Shown: positions 48,529 through 56,832 of the stretch, one piece after another | Numbering within the stretch: position 1 is the first letter of the stretch | Layout of the letters: every line of letters starts with the position of its first letter | Origin: a bacterium | GTDB lineage: Bacteria; Planctomycetota; UBA11346 | Length of the DNA stretch: 64,000 bases | Assembly: GCA_020047915.1 (NCBI GenBank) | Contig: JAIFND010000020.1 | Location: forward strand, 467-64,466 | Direction of reading: 5' to 3' | Made by a program: the position numbers and the translations under genes | The notes under the pieces: model-generated | Told to the model about the DNA's origin: nothing | Databases searched by the model: none | What the model saw: the letters and a program-made list of their open reading frames with translations, nothing else

Positions 48529-49979
48529 GGATCATCGTACCTTACGCGCAGGGCCGGGTTTGGTTCATTCGGGTTGGTGAATTCGGCAAATCCGAGATCA
48601 TAGCTCCTCCAACCTACCACGACCAGGGAGGGCGGAAAGGGGAGTTCCAAGTCGCTCAGTGATTCGTCGTAATGGAATTTGAAGTTGCCGTTGACCTTGC
48701 CCATTTCGGTACTTTCGCGGAAACTGTCGGCGATCATCGAACCGAACATATCGAAGGTACCGTTGAGCTTGAAGGAGGCGTAGGGACAGAACAGCACTCC
48801 ACCGAGTTGCGCCGTTCCATTCATCTTGATGTCCCAGGGGACCGGGTCTTCACCCTCCGCATCCATGCCGTCGTAGAGTGAATAGAGCTGGAATGACTTG
48901 GGATTTTGCGGGCAACCTATGGTGATGTTGCCATTGATGGTGGTCTGGCCGAGATCCGCATCATAGTCGTTCTGAAAGATGCGGACGGTCGAGGTGACGG
49001 GAATGACCCAGTCCTTGGTCAGGATGATCGGTCCGTCCACGTAAATATCCACGGCCGCACCGGCTGCGATTGTGATGCCGTTGTTGACGGCGATGTCGAT
49101 CGACGTGCAGACATAGGAGCCAGAAGCCAGCTCGGCGGTCGTCTTGGTGAGCGTCCCTTTGCTTGGACCGGGCAGTTTAATGGCCGTGGCCGGTGGACTG
49201 TAGGTCAAAGGGGGTATGGGCATGGATATATTCGGATTGACGTCGCCTTTGACGTTCTCCTCCTTCTGGACCACAATACTTCCCTCAGAGGCGAGATCTC
49301 CGTTAGCCCCCGAGGCCACGGTCCCGTAGGCCGACGCGCCATGCTTCGAATCCCAACTGTCGGTGGTCGCGGAGCCCATGAATTCGTAACCCTTGCGGGC
49401 GAACATCGCTTGGCGGTAGATCGACTGTGGAAATTTGATGAACAGCGCCTCGACTCGACGGCGACGGTAGCGGTTCACATCCTCAATCGGATTCTGCGAT
49501 CCATCGGCATTGTAGAGTCGCGCCGGTCCACCGGCCGCGGCTGTCGCCGTGATCACATACATGTCCTGCACTTCGCGGGTTCCCATGATCGGTACCGTCA
49601 TCGTTCCGATCCACTTCCAGGTCGCGCGCGGCTCCAGGCCGTTGAGGCGCGATCTGCCATCGACGATCGCCGCCGTCTCGACCTCATCAGTCAGGATGGC
49701 TGCATCATCCGTGGCCGCACGATTCTTTGCGAGATTCAGTTCTGTTGACAGATTACTCAGGTTTTGCAGATGATTGAACGCCAAGTTGGCGATCGACTCC
49801 GCGCTCAAGGTTAGGGAGGTGTCGGTGACCCGGGCGTGGGATTGGCGCAGGGAACCGACCGTGGTGTCGGACAGCGCCACCGCGAGTGCCATGAGGGCCA
49901 CCAGCACCACCGTCGCAGTGACGATGGCGAAACCGCCCTTGGAGCGGTGGCTTGATGACCTGACCGGAGCGTATGTCAT
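48525..49979 (-). CDS. PilX/GspK/TadG-like minor-pilin-type protein
   Basis: 484 aa. The N-terminus KGGFAIVTATVVLVALMALAVALSD resembles PilX_N/TadG-type anchors. The C-terminal half is Gly/Asn/Thr-rich and beta-helix-like. Confidence 0.7.
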   Translation of the reverse strand: MTYAPVRSSSHRSKGGFAIVTATVVLVALMALAVALSDTTVGSLRQSHARVTDTSLTLSAESIANLAFNHLQNLSNLSTELNLAKNRAATDDAAILTDEVETAAIVDGRSRLNGLEPRATWKWIGTMTVPIMGTREVQDMYVITATAAAGGPARLYNADGSQNPIEDVNRYRRRRVEALFIKFPQSIYRQAMFARKGYEFMGSATTDSWDSKHGASAYGTVASGANGDLASEGSIVVQKEENVKGDVNPNISMPIPPLTYSPPATAIKLPGPSKGTLTKTTAELASGSYVCTSIDIAVNNGITIAAGAAVDIYVDGPIILTKDWVIPVTSTVRIFQNDYDADLGQTTINGNITIGCPQNPKSFQLYSLYDGMDAEGEDPVPWDIKMNGTAQLGGVLFCPYASFKLNGTFDMFGSMIADSFRESTEMGKVNGNFKFHYDESLSDLELPFPPSLVVVGWRSYDLGFAEFTNPNEPNPALRVRYDDP

Positions 49980-49985
49980 AAAGCC

Positions 49986-52289
49986 TCAGTAGTTCCGGGT
50001 GTAGGTGCCGACATTGCCAGCCGAATCGGTGATCGAGACGGTGATGGTCACGGTGCCGGACGTTTTGGTGGCCGAGAGCAGGAACTCGTTCGATGCCAGC
50101 GCCTTGGCCTGGCCGGTTCCGGAGGCTTCCTTGGCAACCCAGCCACGTCGTAAGGTCAGACCACCCTGGTTGTCCTGTGCGGTGAAGGTACTGTAGTTCA
50201 GCGCACTGCCTGAGGAGTTCGGAGAGACTGTGCCGGTCACCTGGAACTTCTGCGACGCATCCTCGTCGGCGTTGAGCGTCAGGGTCGGCAGATTGGGGTT
50301 GGCGGCGACAATCATTGCAACGGTCGTGCTGCCGCTGCCCGAATCGTTATACGCGGTCGCGACAACCTCATAAGTGCCCTCCTTGGCCGGCTTGCCACTC
50401 AGGGTGCCGGTGGTGGTGCTCAACGTCACGCCGTCTGGCAGCCCGCTCACGCTGTAATACTTCACCTGCGGGGAGCCGCTGATGGTCTGCGAGAAGAGCA
50501 CGCCAACCGTCCCGCGTAACGGGTTGGGCAGATAGACCGTTGGGGTACGCAGAGGGGCGACGGTGATCACAAGCGGGGACGAGCCGGTCCCCACCTTGTT
50601 GGTGGCGTAGAGGACGAGGTCAAGGGAGCCCTGGGTGGTTGGCGTCCCGACCAGACGTCCGAGGCTGGTGTCGAGGCTCAACCAGCTCGGCAGACTACCC
50701 GAGCTGCTGTTGATTTTGTAGGACGTGGGTGAGTTGCTGGCGACGATCTGATAGGAGAACTCAACCCCCACCTCCGCCGTCGCCGTGGTGGCGCTGGTGA
50801 TGATGGGGAGCGGTTCCTGTACCTGTACCGAGACCGCCGCTTCGGGGCCGGTGCCGACCTCATTGGTCGCCAAGACCGTGAAGCTGAACAAGCCGGTGTC
50901 CGGCGGTGTGCCGCTGAGCTGGCCGGAAGCCTTGTTCATGTTCAGCCACGAGGGCAGGCCAACGCCTTCCCATGCCGTGGGATTATCGGTGGCGCTCAGC
51001 TTGAAGGTGAAGGGCAGGCCGACGGTGCATACGATCGTGGCGGTGGTGGTCACGATCGGTTTTTCCGGATCCTTGGGTGTGACCAGCAGGGCGAACGGAA
51101 CTGATTCCGTGCCATTGATGTTGGTAGCCGAGATGGTCGCCGCATAGGTCGTTTCGCTGGTGATGCCGGTCGGCACATTGCCGGTGATCAAACCGGATGT
51201 CGTCGAGACGCTTAACCAACTGGGCAGACCAGACGCGCCAAAGGCGTTCGGTGATCCCGATGCCGTGATCTGGTAGCTGCAGGTGGCGCCTGATTTGAGG
51301 GTCATCGCCAGGGCGCTGGTGATCTCGGGCAAGGCTCCCTTGATGACCATGGAGACCTCCATCGCATCAGAACCGGCTTCGTTGAAGGCTGAGACGACAG
51401 CGGTGAAGGTGCCTTGACTGGTCGGGGTACCCGAGATCCGGCCACTGTAGGTGTCGTAGATCAGGCCGGCGGGCAGGCTTGAGCCGGCGTAGCGGGTGGG
51501 ATCGTTGGTCGCCACGATATCGTAGATGAACGGGCTGCCGACATTGCCGCTGCAGGTGTTCGCGCTGGTGATCTCGGGCGCGGTCAGGCCGGTCGAGTCG
51601 AACATCGAACTGCGCAGGTAGACGGCAGTTTCGACGGCGCGCCACGGACGCTGATCGTCATCCAGGTTTCTGGTTTCGGTGTTGGAGATGAAGGCAGCGG
51701 CGTGGACCGAGAGGCGATTGCCCACGACGGCCGCCTGGCTGGGGTCGAGCTGTACGATCTGGAAACCACGTCGAGGCGCCTCTCCAGGTGCCGGGGTGTA
51801 TTCCCAGGCAAGGCCGCTCGACAGGGCGCGTTCCGCTTCGATGGTCCCGGTGGGTACCCCGTTGGTGCCCAGGCTGACGACCGTGCGGTAGAGCGTACCA
51901 GTGCCATCGCCATTCTCCGTGAAGCGCAGGACCACGCCGCGTTCGAACTTGATCATCCGGTCGAGGGATGGCGCTTCGCCTCCATTCACCACATTGAAGC
52001 CGGTCGAGACCTTGAAGCTGTAGTAATCCGAACCGCTCTGCACCGAGGTCCAGGCCGTGCCATCCAGGTAGATGCGGTTGACGTCGGCGTAGCGCAGTTC
52101 GCTGGCCACATCGCGGATCGCACGCGCTGCCTTGTCTCCGGCGTCATCGGTCGTGGTGATGGTGGTCTGCATCTGGGTGCCGGACTGCATGGCGCCGAGG
52201 ATGGCGGCCATCACGCTGGCGAAGATCGCCATGGCGATGATCGCTTCGATCATGGTGAGGGCGGCGCGACCGAGGATCGATGTGCTCAT
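49986..52289 (-). CDS. Giant pseudopilin-like adhesin: prepilin-like N-terminus + five He_PIG/Ig-like repeats
   Basis: 767 aa. N-terminus GRAALTMIEAIIAMAIFASVMAAIL. Five ~85-aa repeats with the pattern LP.(G/W)L......G.(I/L)SGTP...G...F.V.A.N..G. Confidence 0.8.
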   Translation of the reverse strand: MSTSILGRAALTMIEAIIAMAIFASVMAAILGAMQSGTQMQTTITTTDDAGDKAARAIRDVASELRYADVNRIYLDGTAWTSVQSGSDYYSFKVSTGFNVVNGGEAPSLDRMIKFERGVVLRFTENGDGTGTLYRTVVSLGTNGVPTGTIEAERALSSGLAWEYTPAPGEAPRRGFQIVQLDPSQAAVVGNRLSVHAAAFISNTETRNLDDDQRPWRAVETAVYLRSSMFDSTGLTAPEITSANTCSGNVGSPFIYDIVATNDPTRYAGSSLPAGLIYDTYSGRISGTPTSQGTFTAVVSAFNEAGSDAMEVSMVIKGALPEITSALAMTLKSGATCSYQITASGSPNAFGASGLPSWLSVSTTSGLITGNVPTGITSETTYAATISATNINGTESVPFALLVTPKDPEKPIVTTTATIVCTVGLPFTFKLSATDNPTAWEGVGLPSWLNMNKASGQLSGTPPDTGLFSFTVLATNEVGTGPEAAVSVQVQEPLPIITSATTATAEVGVEFSYQIVASNSPTSYKINSSSGSLPSWLSLDTSLGRLVGTPTTQGSLDLVLYATNKVGTGSSPLVITVAPLRTPTVYLPNPLRGTVGVLFSQTISGSPQVKYYSVSGLPDGVTLSTTTGTLSGKPAKEGTYEVVATAYNDSGSGSTTVAMIVAANPNLPTLTLNADEDASQKFQVTGTVSPNSSGSALNYSTFTAQDNQGGLTLRRGWVAKEASGTGQAKALASNEFLLSATKTSGTVTITVSITDSAGNVGTYTRNY
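50294..51584 (-). repeat. Five tandem ~255-nt Ig-like (He_PIG-type) coding repeats
   Basis: The repeat units begin APEITSANT..., ALPEITSALA..., EKPIVTTTAT..., PLPIITSATT..., LRTPTVYLPN... in the 767-aa translation. Confidence 0.7.
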
Positions 52290-52296
52290 GGGTACC

Positions 52297-52770
52297 TCAA
52301 CGGCGATCGGTGAAGAAGAAGTGCTGCTCGATCATGGCCTGGCCGTTCTGGTCGTTCCAGATCGCGCCGATGCGCAGGCAGGTGCGTCGCAGCGAGCCTG
52401 GCACCACCTGGACCCGCTCGATCACCCCGGCCTCGGGGAGTGGCAGCGGGCTGATCTCGGTGTCGATGCCGGGTGACAGGCGCGGGATGGCGAAGTAGAT
52501 CCTGTCGCTGCCGGCGAAGCGGGCCTGCAGGGCCTGGTCGTCGAGCGCCTGCAGCACCTCGATCTGATTCTGGATCTCGGCGATGGCAGCGTTGGTGTTC
52601 ATGCTGCGCTGGCTGGTCAGGTGGGCGTTGGCGATCGCGCCGATGCCGGCGAACAACCCGGTCGCCAGCAGGGCGCTGGCGACCATGATCTCGACCAGGG
52701 TCATGCCCTGGCGGGCAGGCCCGGATGGGTGGGCGGGTGGGCAGGGGCTGCAGGTCGACATGGGGTTCAC
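52297..52770 (-). CDS. Prepilin-type N-terminal cleavage/methylation domain protein (pseudopilin)
   Basis: Canonical ARQG|MTLVEIMVASALLATG with Glu at +5. The ORF starts at GTG 52770, with an ATG alternative at 52761. Confidence 0.82.
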   Translation of the reverse strand: MNPMSTCSPCPPAHPSGPARQGMTLVEIMVASALLATGLFAGIGAIANAHLTSQRSMNTNAAIAEIQNQIEVLQALDDQALQARFAGSDRIYFAIPRLSPGIDTEISPLPLPEAGVIERVQVVPGSLRRTCLRIGAIWNDQNGQAMIEQHFFFTDRR

Positions 52771-52794
52771 CCTTGGTTATCCTACCCGTCATGT

Positions 52795-52809
52795 GCAAGC
52801 GTCGTGCCA
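52795..52809 (-). promoter_or_regulatory. Sigma-54 promoter TGGCAC-N5-TTGCA driving the pseudopilin operon
   Basis: The minus strand reads cTTGGCACgacgcTTGCAca. The GC of the -12 element lies ~25-35 nt upstream of the GTG/ATG start. Confidence 0.78.
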
Positions 52810-52814
52810 AGTCA

Positions 52815-52826
52815 GAAACGCGTTTC
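52815..52826. promoter_or_regulatory. Perfect 12-nt palindrome GAAACGCGTTTC next to the -24 element
   Basis: Read directly in the 136-nt divergent intergenic region. Confidence 0.35.
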
Positions 52827-52843
52827 CTAGGCCGCGAAGCCGC

Positions 52844-52856
52844 TCTGCCGGGCAGA
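52844..52856. promoter_or_regulatory. Inverted repeat TCTGCC-G-GGCAGA (candidate enhancer/UAS site 1)
   Basis: It uses the same hexamer as the 20-nt palindrome 11 nt away, and lies ~40 nt upstream of the -24 element. Confidence 0.45.
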
Positions 52857-52866
52857 ACCGCCCATG

Positions 52867-52886
52867 CCGGGGCAGATCTGCCCCGG
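52867..52886. promoter_or_regulatory. Perfect 20-nt palindrome CCGGGGCAGA|TCTGCCCCGG (candidate enhancer/UAS site 2)
   Basis: Read directly. It lies ~60-80 nt upstream of the -24 element and 21 nt before the activator ATG. Confidence 0.5.
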
Positions 52887-52906
52887 TGTCTGGGCAGGGG
52901 GCTCTG

Positions 52907-54319
52907 ATGCAGGTTCTGCTGGTTGACGACCATCTGGATGCGCTGGACGCGCTGGCCGGCTTCGTCGAGCAGCTCGGCCATCAGGTACGGCGGGCCGGGG
53001 ATGGCCGGCGGGCCCTCGACGCGGTGCGTTCGCAGCGACCCCACCTGGTGCTCAGTGACTTGCGCATGCCAGTTCTGGATGGCCTGGGTCTGCTTGCAGC
53101 CTTGGAGGAGTTCGACGACCCCCCGCCGTTCGCGCTGATGACCGCCTTCTCCGACGCCCAGACCGCGGTCGATGCGATGCGTCTCGGTGCCATCGACTAC
53201 CTGCGCAAGCCGGTGGACGTGCGCGAGCTGCACCGGTTGCTTGATCGCGTCGAACTCGCTTCTGGACCACCCCCAGCGCCCGACCCCATCAAGGATCTGA
53301 CTCCTGGCGTGGATGGTCTGGTGGTCGCCGGACCGGCAACCGCTGGAGTGGTGGCCCTCGCTGACCGCCTGCACCAGGCTTCCCAGTTGTCCTGCCTGAT
53401 CGAGGCGGAGACCGGCTGCGGCAAGGAACTGATCGCCAAGCGCATCCATCATGGCGGCCGAGAGGGCAACCACTCGCCCTTCATCGCGGTCAACTGCGCC
53501 GCCATACCTGCAGGACTCTTCGAGGCCGAGCTGTTCGGCTATGTCCCTGGTGCCTTCACCGGCGCCGCGACGGGCGGTTCGACCGGCCGACTCGCCCAGG
53601 CGGGTGATGGCACGGTATTCCTCGACGAGATTGGAGAGCTGCCCCTGGACCAGCAGGCCAAGCTGCTGCGTGTGCTCGAAGACCGTAGCTGGTATCCGGT
53701 CGGTGGCAGCAAGCTCATGCAGTTGCGCGCACGCATCGTCTGCGCCAGCAACCGCAGCCTGTTCCAGGCGGCGCGGGAGGGGCGATTCCGCGAGGACCTG
53801 CTCTACCGGCTCAAAGTCGGTTTCATCCGCATTCCACCGCTGCGCGAACGTCGCGAGGAGATCGCGCCGCTGGCACGCTCCATCCTCACCTCGATCCGGG
53901 CGACGCAGGTGGCCGGCTTCCGCGATCTCGCCGATGGCTGTGCCGCGATCCTGCGCCAGGCCTCCTGGCCGGGCAACATCCGGCAACTGCGTCATGTCCT
54001 GGAACGCTTGTCGGTCATGTCCGGTGACGGTGGACTGCTGACCGCGACCCTGCTGACCCAGGCGATGAGTGAGGAAGAGGGCAGCGGCCAACGACCGGCA
54101 GTGGGTCATCGTCTGACCCTGGGCTGCACGCCACCTGTCGAATTGCGCTTGCCTGCCGAGTCCTTCGACCTCGAAGCCTGGAATCGCGCTCTGATTGCGG
54201 CCGCCCTGCGTCTGTGCGATGGATCGCCGGTGCGTACCGCGCAATATCTCGGCATCTCGCGCAAGGTCCTGTACACCCTGCGTAAACATTACGGACTGAT
54301 GCAGGCGGCCGATGAGTGA
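52907..54319 (+). CDS. Sigma-54-dependent response regulator (NtrC family: REC + AAA+ + HTH)
   Basis: 470 aa from the ATG at 52907. REC domain: MQVLLVDD...LVLSDLRMPVLDG...K. AAA+ domain: ETGCGKELIA, GAFTGA motif (GYVPGAFTGA), VFLDEIGEL. C-terminal Fis-type HTH: RTAQYLGISRKVLYTLRK. Confidence 0.92.
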   Translation: MQVLLVDDHLDALDALAGFVEQLGHQVRRAGDGRRALDAVRSQRPHLVLSDLRMPVLDGLGLLAALEEFDDPPPFALMTAFSDAQTAVDAMRLGAIDYLRKPVDVRELHRLLDRVELASGPPPAPDPIKDLTPGVDGLVVAGPATAGVVALADRLHQASQLSCLIEAETGCGKELIAKRIHHGGREGNHSPFIAVNCAAIPAGLFEAELFGYVPGAFTGAATGGSTGRLAQAGDGTVFLDEIGELPLDQQAKLLRVLEDRSWYPVGGSKLMQLRARIVCASNRSLFQAAREGRFREDLLYRLKVGFIRIPPLRERREEIAPLARSILTSIRATQVAGFRDLADGCAAILRQASWPGNIRQLRHVLERLSVMSGDGGLLTATLLTQAMSEEEGSGQRPAVGHRLTLGCTPPVELRLPAESFDLEAWNRALIAAALRLCDGSPVRTAQYLGISRKVLYTLRKHYGLMQAADE

Positions 54320-55136
54320 CGCCTTCGTCATCCTGCTGGTGTCCCTGACGACGGGCGGACTCGGACTGCTGCTCGGAATCATGGTCGGACGTCGCACCAC
54401 GTCGGCAGCGAGCGGATCACCCGAGACGGGTCCGGTTCCGCCGGTCGCCGTGGCGCGCAACGACGCTCTGCCTGCCCTGGCGGCAGGCATCGTACATGAA
54501 GTGGCGCAACCATTGTCCGCTGCCCGGGTATCCATCGAAGGCCTGCACTACCTGCGCCAGCTCGGGCGTCAGCCGACGCCAGAGCAGGTAGCCCGGACCC
54601 TTGATCGGGTCGGCATGAGCCTGGTGGCGATGACCCAGATCCTCGACCATCTGCGCAGCCTTGCGGGTGTCGGCTCCCGCTCGCTGCTGCCGGTACGCAT
54701 CGAGGAGGTCGTCGCCAACCTGATCGCCGATCGGGCGAACTGGCTGCGTTTCAGTGATGTCGAGATGCGCCTCGAAGTGGCCGGCTCTCTTCCGGTGCGG
54801 GCAGACCCCTCCGGATTACGGCTGGTTCTCGCCAATCTGGCACGCAATGCCGCCGAGGCGGTCAACGACCTGCCGGCTGAGCGGCACTGGGTGCGCTTCG
54901 TCGTAGGTCCCGGTCATGTCCTGACGATCGAGGATCCTGGCCCGGGCATCCCACCAGCGCTCGCCGCCCGGCTCTTCGAGCCGTTCATCTCCAGCCGCGG
55001 TGAGGCGCGCGGCGTCGGTCTTAGCCTGGCCAAGGCCGCGGTCGAGCGCATGGATGGAACCCTCGCCTTCGCCCCGCGTCCGGGTGGAGGCACGATCTTC
55101 ACCGTGCAGTTGAAGCCTGCGGAAGCCCAGCCATGA
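54312..55136 (+). CDS. Sensor histidine kinase (single TM, HisKA-like + HATPase_c)
   Basis: 274 aa. H-box AAGIVHEVAQPLSA. N-box LANLARNAAEA. G-boxes DPGPGI and GVGLSLA. 8-nt overlap with the activator gene. Confidence 0.8.
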   Translation: MSDAFVILLVSLTTGGLGLLLGIMVGRRTTSAASGSPETGPVPPVAVARNDALPALAAGIVHEVAQPLSAARVSIEGLHYLRQLGRQPTPEQVARTLDRVGMSLVAMTQILDHLRSLAGVGSRSLLPVRIEEVVANLIADRANWLRFSDVEMRLEVAGSLPVRADPSGLRLVLANLARNAAEAVNDLPAERHWVRFVVGPGHVLTIEDPGPGIPPALAARLFEPFISSRGEARGVGLSLAKAAVERMDGTLAFAPRPGGGTIFTVQLKPAEAQP

Positions 55137-56791
55137 GCCTATTCCTGCGTCTGATCATGCTGTGCGCCCTGGTGGCCATACTCGCCGTCTCGGTCAGCGC
55201 CCTGGCGGCGATGCGTGCTGTATCCACGGCGCTCGATGCCCAGGAAGAGATCATCGGCGAGCGCGCTGCTGCCCAATTCCTCCGCAACATGGATGCTCAG
55301 CTGGCGATGCTGGCCTTTGAGGTCAAGGACTACGCCGCCTGGGATGAGATGTACGTCAACAGCCCACGGCCGCCTGTACCCTGGGCGCGCATCAACTTGA
55401 TCCCCGGCGCTGAATCGGGACGTCTGACGCAGGTCCTCTGCATCGTGGACCAGGGCAAGGTCACAGGCCGCTATACCTATCGTGGGCAGCGGGGTGATGT
55501 GCCGAGCGCTGATGACCGGGCCGCCCCCAGTGAGCTGATCGGCCTTGCCGGCCGCAGCGAGACGAACGGGATCGCCTGGCTGGCCGGGGCTCCGGCGCTG
55601 TGGGCGCGTGCCGACATCCTCCACTCCGATGGTTCGGGTCCACCCAGAGGCCAATTGATCGCGCTGGCCTATCTCAACACCCGTGTCGTTGAACGTCTGG
55701 CCATCCACGGCTGGTCCTGGCGTCTGCTCGGCCCTCAGGGCAGCGAAGGCGAAACGCGCTCTGGCGAAGCTGTCCAACGCGTTGCTCTGCCGCCGGCTGC
55801 CGAGGGTCTGGCGGCCCTGCTGAGCCGCCCACGCGAGGTCGAAGCTCAGTTGCGCAGCCGGACGCTGACCGCCCTCTCTGTTGCTGGCGGGATCGTCGCG
55901 GCCATTGCATTGCTCATCGGTGTGCTGCTCGGCTGGCACTGGCTGCGTCCGTTGCACGACCTTGCGTCCGCCTGTCGTCAGCGAACTCAGGGCATCGATG
56001 TCGCGATCCCTGATGGCGGGGATCTGCCGGAAACCCGCGTGCTGGCCGCCGATCTGCGCCGGCTGATCGAGATCGAACGTGCCGACCGCCGTCGTCTGGC
56101 TGCTGAGTTGGCCGAGGCGGAAAGCGCCAACACCCAGCAACGCCGTTGGCTGGTCCGCCTCGCCCACGATGTCGGTTCGCCGGTGCAGGTCATCGCCGCG
56201 GCGGTACGGCAACTTGAAGAACGCGGTGGTCTCCTGCCTCCGGAAGAACTTTCCAGACTCGGTACTGCGACAGCCCAGTTGATGGGCCGCGTCGAAGAGG
56301 CGAGCGGTCTGGCCGAGGGGCTGGGTGGTGACCGGCCATCCTCGGGCACCACGACCTTGTCCACCTATACCCTGGCCATCATCGACCTGCTGCGCGCGCG
56401 TGCCGCTGAACGGCAGGTACGCATCGACTCCGAGGTGTCGGGCGAGGCGGACATCGACGCCAGCCTGATCACCCCCGTGCTGGTCAATCTGCTTGCCAAC
56501 GCGATCACCGCGAGCCCGATGGGCAGCACGGTCACGCTGCGTGGCGGGACGACGGACTCGACTGTCTGGTTTGAGGTGGGTGATTCCGGGTCAGGCATGG
56601 ACGCCTCCCAGCGACTGCGCATCAGCCATGCCTGCAATCGAGGCGAGGTGATCCCCGGTGAAGCCGGTTTCGGTCTCGGCCTGACGCTGGCCATCGCCAA
56701 TGCGGCCCGGGCCGGGGGTCGGCTGCGTCTGGGCGATGGACCGGCTACGCTGTTCCGCCTCGAACTGCCGGTGCATCAGCGACCAAACTGA
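55133..56791 (+). CDS. Sensor histidine kinase with CHASE4-like periplasmic domain
   Basis: 552 aa. The N-terminal TM plus DYAAWDEMY pattern is recalled from CHASE4. Second TM. H-box LVRLAHDVGSPVQ. NLLANAI and GDSGSGM motifs. ATGA overlap with the upstream kinase. Confidence 0.78.
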   Translation: MSLFLRLIMLCALVAILAVSVSALAAMRAVSTALDAQEEIIGERAAAQFLRNMDAQLAMLAFEVKDYAAWDEMYVNSPRPPVPWARINLIPGAESGRLTQVLCIVDQGKVTGRYTYRGQRGDVPSADDRAAPSELIGLAGRSETNGIAWLAGAPALWARADILHSDGSGPPRGQLIALAYLNTRVVERLAIHGWSWRLLGPQGSEGETRSGEAVQRVALPPAAEGLAALLSRPREVEAQLRSRTLTALSVAGGIVAAIALLIGVLLGWHWLRPLHDLASACRQRTQGIDVAIPDGGDLPETRVLAADLRRLIEIERADRRRLAAELAEAESANTQQRRWLVRLAHDVGSPVQVIAAAVRQLEERGGLLPPEELSRLGTATAQLMGRVEEASGLAEGLGGDRPSSGTTTLSTYTLAIIDLLRARAAERQVRIDSEVSGEADIDASLITPVLVNLLANAITASPMGSTVTLRGGTTDSTVWFEVGDSGSGMDASQRLRISHACNRGEVIPGEAGFGLGLTLAIANAARAGGRLRLGDGPATLFRLELPVHQRPN

Positions 56792-56832
56792 TCAGGTCAG
56801 GTTGCTGATGGCCGCGCGTCTAGGCTGGTGCC

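Noticed and set aside
48525-52289. Calling the lower-GC block a horizontally acquired genomic island or mobile element.
   Set aside because: There is no integrase, transposase, flanking tRNA or direct repeats. The compositional shift may be explained by Ser/Thr/Asn-rich proteins. It is reported only as an observation.
52286-54535. 749-aa minus-strand ORF.
   Set aside because: It lies antisense to the sigma-54 activator (GAFTGA, Walker motifs). It has no recognisable motifs and low-complexity Arg/Gly/Ala content.
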